A stretch of 64,000 nucleotides of DNA from Candidatus Thorarchaeota archaeon (GCA_003345595.1 PRDI01000049.1:29780-93779), one strand, 5' to 3'. Counted from the stretch's first letter, positions 17,227 to 27,560 are shown. Translations and numbers: made by a program. Notes: generated by a model not told the origin, from the letters alone.

Positions 17227-19317
17227 ATGTCGAGGCTGGAATCGATGTCAGGTCATGATGAGGGTCCACAAGAGAGATTCGAGGAGTTCCTTCGCACTTA
17301 CAAGGATGAGCATGGGAATCTCACCTACTGGCCCAAGTGCCAGCAGATGTCTCTCAACGACGAAACGTCGCTCGTGGTAGACTTCCAAGACTTAGTGAGC
17401 TTTGACAACATGTTTGCAGTACTGGCTGCCGAGAATCCAGAATCGTTTCTCAGTACAGCCAGCAATGCATTGCTTTCGATTCTCAGAATAGAGGATCCTG
17501 ACTATGTGAGTAAACTGGACATCACCACAATCAAGATTCGGATAATCAACTACTCCGAACACGTTCCTCTCCGGCACATAAGATCGAAACACATAGGCAA
17601 AATGATTCAGATAAGCGGAATCATGATGCGGGCAAGTGAGGTCAAGCCCCTCCTAGTCGAAGCTGTCTTCAGATGCAGGGTCTGCGGACAGGACATACCA
17701 CAGGCACAGGAGGACGGCCGTTATACTGAGCCTCCGCTATGTCCTACCTGTGGCAAGAAGACAGCCATGCGACTCATTCCTGAGCAATCCAGATTCGTAG
17801 ACTGGCAGAAAGTGAGAATACAGGAATCTCCCGACGAGCTTCCTCCTGGGCAGATGCCGAGGTCGGTTGATGTGGTTCTCGAAGGTGACATTGTCGATCT
17901 GTCTCGACCTGGCGACCTAGTGAAACTCGCAGGAGTACTTCAGACGACGCCTGACTTCTCGCGGCACGGTGGCAGGTTGGCCACGTTCAACGTCTTCATA
18001 GAGGCCAATGGCGTTGAAATCGCCGAAAAGGAGTACGAACAACTTGAGATATCGGAGGAAGATGAGAAGCGCATACGTGAATTGGCGGAAGATCCCTATG
18101 TACATGAAAGGGTGTATGCGTCCATCGCGCCCTCTATTCATGGTCATGAACACGTGAAAGAATCCATTGCCCTGCTGCTGCTCGGGGGCGTGGAGAAAAT
18201 ACTGCCTGATGGTACACACCTCAGAGGAAGGTCTAACATCCTGATTATCGGTGATCCAGGTACTGGGAAAAGCCAAATCCTCAAATTCGTGGCCGGCCTT
18301 GCTTCACGTGGTCTCTATACCTCTGGCAAAGGCACTACTGCAGCAGGGCTGACGGCAGCTGTGATCCACGATACGGACACAGGAGCCATGACGCTTGAGG
18401 CGGGAGCACTGGTGCTAGCTGACCAAGGAATTGCATGCATTGACGAATTCGACAAGATGGACCCAAACGATCGGACCGCTATACATGAAGCTATGGAACA
18501 GCATACGGTCAGCATAGCCAAGGCCGGAATCGTCGCCACGCTCAATGCAAGGACCTCAATTCTGGCCGCGGCAAATCCTGCTCTGGGCCGATACGAGCCC
18601 TCAATGTCGATACAGGACAACATAAAACTCCCATTCACGATTCTCTCAAGGTTTGACCTGACTTGGATACTTGTAGACACGGTTGAGCCCACGAAGGACA
18701 GGGAGCTAGCTCAGTTCATACTAAGCATGCATCAGAGGAAGAAAAGCCCAATCAAGGAAACAGTTCCTCCAATAGCGCCTGAGTTCTTGAAGAAGTACAT
18801 TGGTTACGCCAATCGCTATGTGATACCTCAGCTCACAGCTGAGGCTGCTGAAGTCATTGAGAACTTCTATGTAGACCTCCGCAAGAGTGCAGAAGGCGGC
18901 GCGGCGCCTGTGCCAATCACTGCTCGTCAGCTGGAATCATTGGTTCGTCTTGCAGAGGCAAGAGCAAGAATGGCTCTACGTCCCAAAGTGACCAAGGAAG
19001 ATGCCCAGGCGGCAGTCCGTCTGATGCAAGAATCGCTACGAATGGTTGCTCTAGACACTACGACTGGGAAGATCGATATAGACCGACTTGTGTCTAAGAT
19101 GAGCGCTGCTCAGCGGAGTTCGTCAGACGTGATTCTGAAAGCCGTGAAGGATATGGAAGCCGAAGGCTCTCCAGTTGTGAGCGAGGATGCATTGATACAA
19201 AGAGTTACTGCCATGGGTCTCTCAAAAGAACGTGCTGAAGAAGTCATCAAGAAGCTTGTTGCAGAGGGCATCCTGTTCAACCCACGTGAAGGTAAGATTA
19301 AGCGGGCTCAAGCATGA
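17227..19317 (+). CDS. mcm: MCM replicative helicase
   Basis: Zn finger CRVC...CPTC, GDPGTGKSQ, IDEFDKM, SRFD arginine finger, ITARQLE; no intein. Confidence 0.98.
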   Translation: MSRLESMSGHDEGPQERFEEFLRTYKDEHGNLTYWPKCQQMSLNDETSLVVDFQDLVSFDNMFAVLAAENPESFLSTASNALLSILRIEDPDYVSKLDITTIKIRIINYSEHVPLRHIRSKHIGKMIQISGIMMRASEVKPLLVEAVFRCRVCGQDIPQAQEDGRYTEPPLCPTCGKKTAMRLIPEQSRFVDWQKVRIQESPDELPPGQMPRSVDVVLEGDIVDLSRPGDLVKLAGVLQTTPDFSRHGGRLATFNVFIEANGVEIAEKEYEQLEISEEDEKRIRELAEDPYVHERVYASIAPSIHGHEHVKESIALLLLGGVEKILPDGTHLRGRSNILIIGDPGTGKSQILKFVAGLASRGLYTSGKGTTAAGLTAAVIHDTDTGAMTLEAGALVLADQGIACIDEFDKMDPNDRTAIHEAMEQHTVSIAKAGIVATLNARTSILAAANPALGRYEPSMSIQDNIKLPFTILSRFDLTWILVDTVEPTKDRELAQFILSMHQRKKSPIKETVPPIAPEFLKKYIGYANRYVIPQLTAEAAEVIENFYVDLRKSAEGGAAPVPITARQLESLVRLAEARARMALRPKVTKEDAQAAVRLMQESLRMVALDTTTGKIDIDRLVSKMSAAQRSSSDVILKAVKDMEAEGSPVVSEDALIQRVTAMGLSKERAEEVIKKLVAEGILFNPREGKIKRAQA

Positions 19318-19355
19318 GAAAGGAGCCCATAAGATCTTGAACGGGGCGGACGACA

Positions 19356-21596
19356 ACGCGTCTTGACGAGATTCCAATAAACCAGCAAGTCATTTCCTTA
19401 CTCCAAGAGAGTGGCATATCCAATCTCTTTCCGCCGCAAGAGGCGGCCTTCAATACCGGTGTGCTTGATGGAAAGAACCTCGTGCTTGCAGTCCCCACCA
19501 GCTCTGGCAAGACACTGGTCTCTGAGATTTGCATGCTCAAAGCCATACTAGAGAGAAAAGTGAAGGCGGTGTATCTCGTTCCGCTCAAGTCTTTGGCGCG
19601 AGAGAAGTACGACGAGTTCAGGAAGTATGAGAAACTTGGAATACTGACAGCGATGTCTGTAGGCGACTACGATTCTCCCGGGGCGAAGTTATCCGATGCA
19701 GACATCCTCGTGTTGACTACCGAACGAGCGGATTCGCTCATTTGTCACAAACCTGAGTGGATTGACGACATCGGGGTCGTCGTGGTTGATGAAGTCCATC
19801 TAGTCAATGACCCCTCCAGAGGCCCGACACTTGAGATGGTAATCGCCAAAATCACTCAGATGCTTCCAAACATCCAGCTGATTGCTCTGAGTGCCACAAT
19901 ACCGAATGCCGAGGATATTGCAGCTTGGCTGAAAGCGGAACTGGTCAGGAGTTCATGGCGGCCTGTTCCTCTCAGTGAAGGAGTCCTTTTCGAGAGCAAA
20001 ATCAGATTCAGCAATGGGTCTTCTCGACCGATTCGGCATGCGCGAGGCGAGGAGCTGGCTGATCTCGTCTGTGACACATTAGATGAGAATGGCCAAGTCT
20101 TGGTCTTTGTTTCAAGCCGCCGTTCTGCGGTGTCGGTAGCAAACAGGACTGTACCCATTGTACGACCCTACATCTCCCGGAGTTCCATGGAAACGATATC
20201 TCAGGCATCCGGTCGGATAGCAGGGGGCCCCAGCGCTCCTGAGGCGTCCAAGGTGCTGGCTAAGATGATGCAGGCTGGTGTGGCCTTTCATCATGCAGGT
20301 CTGACAGGTCCGGAGCGCACGACAGTCGAAGACTGCTTCAAGGGTAATCTACTGAAGGTGATTGTTGCTACTCCGACGCTGGCGGCCGGGATCAACTTAC
20401 CCGCGAGACGTGTTGTGATACGCGATTATCGTCGTTACGAAGAGGAGCGTGGAAATCAACCTATTCCTGTGCTAGAGTACAAGCAGATGGCGGGTCGCGC
20501 AGGCCGCCCCAAGTACGATCAGTACGGGGAGGCGGTCCTAGTAGCAAGGACAGAAGAGGAGTACGACTTTCTGATGGACCACTACGTTTCATCTGAACCC
20601 GAGGAGATCAGATCCAAGCTGGCCTCAGAGTCTGCAATCCGTTTCCATTTGTTGTCATCTATAGCTGGAGAGATGACACACAACAGGGAAGAGATAGATC
20701 GTCTCATGGATGGCACCTTCTTTTCTTATCAGTTCAATCGCTGGGAGATTGACCACTACATCTCCTCTGCACTGGATTTTCTTGAAGAGGGCCGATTAGT
20801 TGGGCGGAGCAAAAACGATGAGCTCTACGCGACCGGTCTGGGGGAAAGGGCCGCAAAGCTGTACATTGATCCTGAGACTGCTATCTTGTTTCGAGATGCA
20901 CTATCAGAGGTCGAGGCCTTCCATCCACTCGGTATGCTCCATCTCATATGCAGTACCCCTGATCAGCCTCTCACACATGCATCACAGGCCGAAACCGAAG
21001 ACTGTGAAGTCTTCATCGGTGATCATGAGGGTGAGTTCATTGTTGACATATCCGAACAGATGGATGACTATGAAGAGTATCCGCGTTTTCTTGCGCAAGT
21101 CAAGACCGCGCGAATGTTGAATGACTGGATATCTGAGCGAACAGAACGAAGTATCACTGAGGACTACGATGTAGGGATGGGCGATGTTCATCGCTACATT
21201 GAGGCTGCGGATTGGTTGATACACGCTGCATCTGAGGTCGCTCGAGTTACTGGCAGGTCGCAACTGATTCCTTCTCTGCATGCGCTTCAAGTACGGGTCA
21301 AGAACGGCGTACTTCCAGAGCTATTGGAGCTCGTCGGTCTGAGAGGCGTCGGACGCGTAAGAGGTCGAATGCTGTTCAATCACGGTCTGAGAACTCTTTC
21401 CGACTTGTACCGGGCTCCAGTAGAAGAGATAGCCAGAGTACCTGCAATTGGACTCACCATCGCCGAGTCCATAAAGCACCAGCTGGGTTTCGAAACGAGT
21501 GATGCTGGCGACAAAGTTCCAGCCACAAGCGAGCGGGATGACCAGTCTGCTTCAGCACAGACACTGCTTGAGGAGTTTGAAGACGAAGACAGCTAG
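19356..21596 (+). CDS. hel308: Ski2-like SF2 helicase Hel308 (inferred ACG start; first canonical start is GTG 19461)
   Basis: Q motif LFPPQ, PTSSGKT, DEVH, SAT, QMAGRAGR, C-terminal HhH. Confidence 0.93.
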   Translation, partial: TRLDEIPINQQVISLLQESGISNLFPPQEAAFNTGVLDGKNLVLAVPTSSGKTLVSEICMLKAILERKVKAVYLVPLKSLAREKYDEFRKYEKLGILTAMSVGDYDSPGAKLSDADILVLTTERADSLICHKPEWIDDIGVVVVDEVHLVNDPSRGPTLEMVIAKITQMLPNIQLIALSATIPNAEDIAAWLKAELVRSSWRPVPLSEGVLFESKIRFSNGSSRPIRHARGEELADLVCDTLDENGQVLVFVSSRRSAVSVANRTVPIVRPYISRSSMETISQASGRIAGGPSAPEASKVLAKMMQAGVAFHHAGLTGPERTTVEDCFKGNLLKVIVATPTLAAGINLPARRVVIRDYRRYEEERGNQPIPVLEYKQMAGRAGRPKYDQYGEAVLVARTEEEYDFLMDHYVSSEPEEIRSKLASESAIRFHLLSSIAGEMTHNREEIDRLMDGTFFSYQFNRWEIDHYISSALDFLEEGRLVGRSKNDELYATGLGERAAKLYIDPETAILFRDALSEVEAFHPLGMLHLICSTPDQPLTHASQAETEDCEVFIGDHEGEFIVDISEQMDDYEEYPRFLAQVKTARMLNDWISERTERSITEDYDVGMGDVHRYIEAADWLIHAASEVARVTGRSQLIPSLHALQVRVKNGVLPELLELVGLRGVGRVRGRMLFNHGLRTLSDLYRAPVEEIARVPAIGLTIAESIKHQLGFETSDAGDKVPATSERDDQSASAQTLLEEFEDEDS

Positions 21597-22648
21597 AGCA
21601 GGATACCCTCTAGGTTTTTCTCAATTACCTTCACCAAATCCCCTGTATAGCGTGTGCAAATGTCGCTCTCTGAGTGGCTCTCTCCATGTTTCGTTATTTC
21701 ACGGCCGCACAATTCCTCAAGAAGATTCTGGGATGCGCTGCCCACTACGTCCAGATTGTATCCTCCTTCAAGGAAGAATGCAAGCCTGCCCTGTGCGTTC
21801 TGTTGAGCAATTGCCTTGATTCGCCTATTCATCATGGAGATGCCAGAGTTCGTGAGACCCATGCTCGTCAGAGTGTCCTGAAAATGACAGTCAAACCCGG
21901 CCGAAACGAGCACGAATTGAGGCTTGTAGGCCTTTGCCAAGGGTTCGACTATGCGATTGAAGACTACATCGTAGGATTTGTCCCCGGCACCCGGGTACAT
22001 CGACAAGTTCACGGTATAGCCCTTGCCCTCTCCGGTTCCAATCTCATCAGGAAAACCCGAACCCGGGAATATCGTACGCCCGTCTTGATGCATAGTGACA
22101 TAGAGAACCTTGTTGGTGGAATAGAAGGCTCTTTGCGTTCCATTGCCATGGTGCGCATCGTAGTCAATGATCATCACTCTGTCAAGCTTTCTCTTTGTAA
22201 CAAGATGATTTGCGGCAACTGCGATGTTATTGACAAAACAGAATCCGAGCGCACTATCATATTCTGCATGGTGCCCAGGGGGTCTACAAAGGATGTAGGC
22301 GTTGTTGCTCTTGCCATCCATTATCCTATCGACAGCTCCAATGCCTCCTCCTGCCGCCAACACCATGGCTTCATACGTGAATGCGTTCACTGCAGTATCG
22401 AGAGTAAAGAAACCACCACCTCGACGAGACTTCTCACGTATGTCCGTAATGTACCTCCTGTCGTGTAGAGCGTATATTTCACTGAGATCTGGTGGTTCTG
22501 GTGTGACCAGTCTGATGTCACCAGCCTTGAGTAAGCCTGCTCCATCTATGTATTTCATGGCCGTTCTCAAGCGTTCCGGACTCTCCGGATGTCCCGGAGA
22601 TATCTCATGTTTCGTGAACACTTCATGATACACCAAGTCAGTTGTCAT
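21593..22648 (-). CDS. Histone deacetylase family protein (Zn-dependent acetyl-lysine/polyamine deacetylase)
   Basis: HPESPERL, RPPGHHA, GFCFVNN, DYDAHHGNGT, SAGFD, LEGGY. Confidence 0.95.
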   Translation of the reverse strand: MTTDLVYHEVFTKHEISPGHPESPERLRTAMKYIDGAGLLKAGDIRLVTPEPPDLSEIYALHDRRYITDIREKSRRGGGFFTLDTAVNAFTYEAMVLAAGGGIGAVDRIMDGKSNNAYILCRPPGHHAEYDSALGFCFVNNIAVAANHLVTKRKLDRVMIIDYDAHHGNGTQRAFYSTNKVLYVTMHQDGRTIFPGSGFPDEIGTGEGKGYTVNLSMYPGAGDKSYDVVFNRIVEPLAKAYKPQFVLVSAGFDCHFQDTLTSMGLTNSGISMMNRRIKAIAQQNAQGRLAFFLEGGYNLDVVGSASQNLLEELCGREITKHGESHSESDICTRYTGDLVKVIEKNLEGILL

Positions 22649-22871
22649 CTCAGGATTCCTCAATAGTGTAAGACTCTCAGACCTACAGGATCAATGGCAC
22701 GCTGATGAAGGCCTGAAACCACTTGCTGTTGGCAGGTAACTTAACTGATATGGTACAGCTCAGTGTAGCCAATCGATGAAGCCGACTAACACACTGTCGG
22801 CGGACAACAGCTGAGTAGAGCATCATGGATAATCTTTATCTTCGCGTTGGTCGACGCCAGCCCCGAGTCAT

Positions 22872-23009
22872 GGGTCGGTAGTCTAGCTTGGTATGATTCT
22901 TGCTTGGGGTGGTTCTGGCGTTGTTGCCAGCACCACAGAATGCAAGCGGACGGGAGTTCAAGCAGCCGGGGACTTCCCCCGACTGGAACTCATCTCCCCC
23001 GGCCCACCA
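22872..23009 (+). tRNA. tRNA-Pro(GGG) with two introns: 37/38 (22910-22940, 31 nt) and 58/59 (22962-22991, 30 nt)
   Basis: Acceptor GGGTCGG/CCGGCCC-ACCA; anticodon stem CTTGC/GCAAG; T stem GGGAG/CTCCC; the T-loop intron has a BHB helix GTTC/GAAC. Mature length 77 nt. Confidence 0.92.
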
Positions 23010-23010
23010 T

Positions 23011-23577
23011 TCACCTCTTTTCGGGAATTTCCCACAGGGTTTCATAGATTGGCCCGGGTGATGTGAGGGTGCTCTTGGTCATTTGAAAAGACGAAACTGT
23101 CATTGTACCGGCAGACTCTCTGACTAATGACTCCAAGCTCTTGACAATCCCCTCTCTATCATTCACTGCCCGTACTCGGGCTATCGTAGCATGCGCCTTG
23201 AACCCTTTCTCAAGAGGATACCCCAGATTCGCCAGTTCCGTGTCGATTCTTTCCTTGAGATCAGTCATTTCCTGTGCATTCTGCGAAACCCCAATCCATA
23301 TGACATTCGGGCGTCGTGGGTTTGGAAAGGCACCGATGCCCTCCACCTGAATTGTGAATGGCGAAAACTGCAGTACGCCCAGAGCCTTCCTCATCTCATC
23401 TATTCTTGATACTGGAGTATCACCAAAGAATCGGAGTGTAAAGTGTATGTTGTTCTTCTCCACGAGCTTAAGTTTGGCAGCTTTACTGTCAAGTCGACTC
23501 TGAATACGTGATATTCGAGCAAGGAGCGCATCGTCTCTGATGTCAATACTTAGAAACACCCTCATCTTTTCTGACAA
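23011..23577 (-). CDS. thpR: RNA 2',3'-cyclic phosphodiesterase (2'-5' RNA ligase, 2H family)
   Basis: Two HxT motifs (HFTL, HATI), GAFPNPRRPNVIW, STLT. Confidence 0.93.
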   Translation of the reverse strand: MSEKMRVFLSIDIRDDALLARISRIQSRLDSKAAKLKLVEKNNIHFTLRFFGDTPVSRIDEMRKALGVLQFSPFTIQVEGIGAFPNPRRPNVIWIGVSQNAQEMTDLKERIDTELANLGYPLEKGFKAHATIARVRAVNDREGIVKSLESLVRESAGTMTVSSFQMTKSTLTSPGPIYETLWEIPEKR

Positions 23578-23851
23578 GTGGCACGCCTCAAGTCTTCTCT
23601 GAGTGAGCTCCGCCTGATTAATACTAGCGTTACGTCATCCGCGACGAACGCTTTCAAACGGCGCCATGGGAGGACGAACCCGGCAAGGCTAGTTGGATCA
23701 AAGGCTGAAGGCATCTAAGAGTGATTTCTCACTGGATTCTGGTCCATATGGTTAGATGTGTCGACACCAGTTGCTGGGAGCAAGCAGTGCCGACCACAAA
23801 GGAGATTTAGCACACATCTAGACTCAGCTGTGTCAGGTTGGACATATTGTC

Positions 23852-24448
23852 ATGAATCTCGTCATTATCACAGGAATGCCAGGTGCAGGAAAGAGCGAAC
23901 TAGCGCAGATTTTCCGTGATGCAGGTTTTCCAGTCATTGTGATGGGTGATGTCATCCGTGAAGAGAGCCGAAAGAGAGGTCTTGAGGCCAACTCCGAAAG
24001 CACGAAGAAGGTCATGCTGGATCTTCGTGAACGAGAGGGCCCGGGAGCAATCGCTATTCATTGTCTTGACGAGCTGAAGACGCAGACGTCCCCGGCGGTT
24101 GTCATCGAGGGCTGTCGGAGCGTTGCAGAAGTTGAGGTCTTTCAGCAGTACGCCCAGTCGGTCGCGATTGTGTGTATTCATTCATCTCCGCTCACCAGGT
24201 TTGCTCGCCTATGCCAACGGGCACGCGAAGATGCTCCTCCAGAGTGGTCAAGCTTCCGGGAGCGCGACCTCAGGGAAATCTCGGTGGGTCTTGGTGGGGT
24301 TATTGCATTGAGTGACATAATGCTGATCAATGAAGGATCCATTGAAGTCCTGCGCAAGTCAGGGAGAAGAGTTGTAGCGAGGTTTCAGAAAGATGCAAGC
24401 CGTCGTGCGAAGCCGCGTATATCCGACAGAAGACCGAGAACGAGTTGA
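23852..24448 (+). CDS. P-loop kinase (archaeal dephospho-CoA kinase-like, UPF0200)
   Basis: ITGMPGAGKS, MGDVIRE, IEGCRS, RDLRE. Confidence 0.8.
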   Translation: MNLVIITGMPGAGKSELAQIFRDAGFPVIVMGDVIREESRKRGLEANSESTKKVMLDLREREGPGAIAIHCLDELKTQTSPAVVIEGCRSVAEVEVFQQYAQSVAIVCIHSSPLTRFARLCQRAREDAPPEWSSFRERDLREISVGLGGVIALSDIMLINEGSIEVLRKSGRRVVARFQKDASRRAKPRISDRRPRTS

Positions 24449-24818
24449 GAAAGCAATCGCAAATATCTTCGCTGATCTTTCTTACGCTATAGTTGAAGAT
24501 GAAACGTACTTCGAGGTGCAGTCCTCTCTCAATCGAGTTGGCTCTCTTGACTGGCTTCGACAAAGAATCCATGAGCTCAAGATAATCGATGCTGTGCGTT
24601 CACGATTGCTGTCCAACTGGAGTGGAAGTTCAACATGGTTGTGCCTTGATAAGCAGGCCGCTTTCTCAGGAAGGGTCAGAATCGCTGACGACTCTGAAGA
24701 ATCTCCACCGCTTGGATTCATAGAGATTGTATTGCAGTTTGATACAGAGCCAGAGTTCCAGAGATTCCTGACTTGGTTTGTTCCGCGTACTGCAGACGGA
24801 CACGTTATTGAGGGCTAG
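24393..24818 (+). CDS. UPF0201/DUF54 putative RNA-binding protein
   Basis: VYPTEDRERVEKAIANIF, KQAAFSG, SPPLG; usual partner of the upstream kinase. Confidence 0.85.
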   Translation: MQAVVRSRVYPTEDRERVEKAIANIFADLSYAIVEDETYFEVQSSLNRVGSLDWLRQRIHELKIIDAVRSRLLSNWSGSSTWLCLDKQAAFSGRVRIADDSEESPPLGFIEIVLQFDTEPEFQRFLTWFVPRTADGHVIEG

Positions 24819-25840
24819 AATCTCAGCACAAATACTTCGCGTGTCAACCCGCTATGCACAGGTACCGGTAGTCGAAGCTCTGGGGTGAAACCGCAGTCAG
24901 TCATCAATTGCAGAACGTTCATTTCAGCACTTCCACAAAGACACACACTTCCTCCTTTCGACAGTAATCCACTGGCTTGTTGCAGGAGTGAACTGACCAG
25001 TTTTGTTGCCTCTGCTCCACGGGTCGAGCTGGACCTGCCATATGGAGGATCTGTCACAACACAATGGCATCCTCGTACTGGGATTGAATGGGCATCACCG
25101 TGAATGAGAGAATAGTCGGCATCACCAATACTCATCAGATTGATGCGCGCCCCCGTCAACAATCGCCAGCTGAGATCAAGTCCAATCGCTTTGGCTCCGA
25201 TATGCGAAACCTCGCACAGTATTCCACCTGCTCCGCAGAATGGGTCAAGTACAATGTGATCTGGCATAACACCCGCAAGATTGCACATTACTCTTGCCAA
25301 GAACGAGTTCATCATAGAGGGGTGAAAGAAAGGCATCGATCCCGGGCTTCTTCTCCTCAGCTGACTGCGCAGTCTAGACTGGTTTGATTCACACATCAAG
25401 ACCCGCTGTGGCTCTAGAACAAGCAATATGCTCACAACAGGATTCTTCACGGCAACCTTGGCTCCGGTTGATGTCCTAATTGACTCTCCAAGTAATCGAA
25501 TGGCTGATTCTCTGCTTCTCGTTTCTTCGACCCCAGTGAGGTTCAACACTCTGATGTAGAAGCTGTCCCCCGGTTTAATCCAAGCTCGAATCTGATCCCA
25601 GCAATCGTCTTGCATCATGTCTTCGAAGCTGCTAGACTCAAATACGACGGCACCCGCTTCTTTAGTTAGCGCCGCTCTCTCCAGTATGAATGAAGAAGGG
25701 TCTGGATGGCAACGAACGAGGGCCAACGGTCCAGACCAATTCATGCTTGCTTCAATGCCCGATGCGCGGATAAGAGCTTGGACTTCAGCTTGGGCCAGAG
25801 TGACATTCTCGCCAGATACCAACACGAAGTATCTGTTCAA
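24815..25840 (-). CDS. THUMP-domain tRNA (guanine-10-N2) methyltransferase (Trm11/TrmG10)
   Basis: PFFHPSMM, LARVMCNL, DPFCGAGG, TDPPYGRS. Confidence 0.85.
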   Translation of the reverse strand: MNRYFVLVSGENVTLAQAEVQALIRASGIEASMNWSGPLALVRCHPDPSSFILERAALTKEAGAVVFESSSFEDMMQDDCWDQIRAWIKPGDSFYIRVLNLTGVEETRSRESAIRLLGESIRTSTGAKVAVKNPVVSILLVLEPQRVLMCESNQSRLRSQLRRRSPGSMPFFHPSMMNSFLARVMCNLAGVMPDHIVLDPFCGAGGILCEVSHIGAKAIGLDLSWRLLTGARINLMSIGDADYSLIHGDAHSIPVRGCHCVVTDPPYGRSSSTRGAEATKLVSSLLQQASGLLSKGGSVCLCGSAEMNVLQLMTDCGFTPELRLPVPVHSGLTREVFVLRF

Positions 25841-25849
25841 ACCCCTTTC

Positions 25850-26620
25850 CTACTCCTCTGTGGCATAGTCTTCTCCACCAGCGAATATTCGCTGCATTTC
25901 ACCGTAGAGCGTTTCCATCCCTGACATCTGTTTCGCAGATGCTGGTATTACAGTTGCAGCCCCTCCAAGGTCGTCCAACATTCTGAGTATGGAGTCAGAA
26001 TACTCCCGGAGCAATCCCCCCTCTGAGGTGTCCAGAGCTTCTTCAAGTAGGTAGGAGTCTTCTGACCAACCAACTATCTCTTGGACTTGATTCTCCAATA
26101 GTATGTCCTGTTTGCTCAGGACATTCAGCTGAGGTAGTCCGAATCTTATGCTGATCGACAAACCGAGCAACATTGAAGAGAGATAGCCAGCTGGAGTACG
26201 TGCGATGTTCGAGTCAAGGAGGTAGATGGACAAGGCTGGGTCTTGTCCCCTGATGCTGGAAATCATCAATGGACCTGAGTTTCGATATGCAAAGAGTTCC
26301 ATCTGTCCTGGACAGTCAATCAGGACGTAATTCGCCTCTGTATCGACAATCTCTCCCCTAAGCTCGTTCGCGAAGCTGACCGCCATATCTAGGCTCGCAA
26401 CAAGTGCACCATTTGGCCCAAGACCGTACTTGTTCATCACCTCAGCGTAGTCGACATACTCTCGGATATCGACATCACTAGTGTAAGGCAGATCTTCCAC
26501 ACCCGGGTCGAGATTGACCACTGCGACACTCAAGTCTGATTCTGTCAGCCACTTCTCCAAAGAAGCGGTCAGCATAGACTTGCCCGAGCCAGCTGTACCA
26601 ACTATGACAGAGCAAAACAT
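25850..26620 (-). CDS. GPN-loop GTPase
   Basis: GTAGSGKS, NLDPG, YGLGPNG, DCPGQME, SKQD. Confidence 0.95.
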   Translation of the reverse strand: MFCSVIVGTAGSGKSMLTASLEKWLTESDLSVAVVNLDPGVEDLPYTSDVDIREYVDYAEVMNKYGLGPNGALVASLDMAVSFANELRGEIVDTEANYVLIDCPGQMELFAYRNSGPLMISSIRGQDPALSIYLLDSNIARTPAGYLSSMLLGLSISIRFGLPQLNVLSKQDILLENQVQEIVGWSEDSYLLEEALDTSEGGLLREYSDSILRMLDDLGGAATVIPASAKQMSGMETLYGEMQRIFAGGEDYATEE

Positions 26621-26798
26621 CTACTAGACCGCGAAAAGGGGCAAGCTATTCCGGTCTTGAGTTCTTCGGTTGTCCAAATGCGCACACTCCTATTGTTCTA
26701 CGACTGGCAGTTCTGCGATTTACCGTGTCTCGTCACTTGTCGACATTTGCTTTGGTTTTCGCGCAAGTCTTATCTGTCCACATAAGTCGTCTTGACTC

Positions 26799-27545
26799 AT
26801 GGACCAGAGTGAGGCGCTGCGAAGACTTGCAGAGGCGATAGCTGGAGAGATCTGTCTTGCTGAAACAGACCCCGGTGCAGTCATGAAGAGGTGGCGCGAG
26901 CGTTTTCAGATCTCCCAGAAGCATCTTGCCAAGCATCTCAGTGTTTCTCCATCAGTGATAAGCGATTATGAAAGCGGAAGAAGGAAGTCGCCGCGTGTCG
27001 AAACTATTCGAAGGTTCGTTGAAGGGCTGATCGAGATGGACGCTGAGAATGGGAGTCGAGTCGCAATGGCACTTGAGAAACTCGTCACTCCTGAGATTGC
27101 ATCGGACGCCATACTTGATAGCCGCGAGTTCGGTGTACCGGTGCCCGCAAGGCTGCTCATCAAGCACTTGGGCTGCAAGGTGCTAACTCATGAAGGTCTG
27201 CTTGACCGTGACATCTACGGTTACACAGCCCTGGACAGTGTAAAGGCGATAGTCGCTCTTACTCCCCAGCAGCTTCTTCGTCTATATGGTGGAACGACCC
27301 AGAGAGCTGCAATCCTTACGAATGTTTCAACGGGCCGCTCTCCTATGGTCGCAATCAAAGCCAGCCAGATAGGGACATCTTCCGCCGTAAAGCCTGCGGT
27401 CGTCGTACTCCAGGGTGTGAAGGAGCTGGACCCACTTGCCATCAGGATTGCAGAGAGCATCCATCTGCCTCTGTGCACATCAAGCCACGCATCAGCAGAG
27501 GATCTAATCCGCAGTCTAAGGGCTTTCAATCCGCACGTTGAGTAA
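26799..27545 (+). CDS. XRE-family HTH transcriptional regulator (conserved archaeal)
   Basis: IAGEI, SPSVISDYESGRRKSP, LYGGTTQRA, VSTGRSPMVAIK. Confidence 0.88.
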   Translation: MDQSEALRRLAEAIAGEICLAETDPGAVMKRWRERFQISQKHLAKHLSVSPSVISDYESGRRKSPRVETIRRFVEGLIEMDAENGSRVAMALEKLVTPEIASDAILDSREFGVPVPARLLIKHLGCKVLTHEGLLDRDIYGYTALDSVKAIVALTPQQLLRLYGGTTQRAAILTNVSTGRSPMVAIKASQIGTSSAVKPAVVVLQGVKELDPLAIRIAESIHLPLCTSSHASAEDLIRSLRAFNPHVE

Positions 27546-27560
27546 TAGAAACGGAGGTCA

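Noticed and set aside
17227-19317. Inteins in MCM, RFC or Cdc6
   Set aside because: Protein lengths and motif spacing are normal; no intein motifs.
19338-19340. In-frame TGA upstream of hel308 as selenocysteine
   Set aside because: Lies before the homologous N-terminus, not at a conserved Cys; an ACG start explains the data more simply.
21674-22468. Long alternative-frame ORFs (also 14738-15352, 42122-42808, 43863-44783, 59098-59853)
   Set aside because: Antisense shadows of well-supported genes.
22745-22830. Possible minus-strand C/D sRNA (ATGATG...CCGA...CTGA) with a GCCGAC/GTCGGC hairpin upstream of tRNA-Pro
   Set aside because: No terminal stem or convincing C' box, and no target could be assigned.
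23640-23825. Intergenic hairpin TAGATGTGT/ACACATCTA and a riboswitch-like appearance
   Set aside because: Does not match the fluoride riboswitch or H/ACA consensus (no ACA tail); could be chance.
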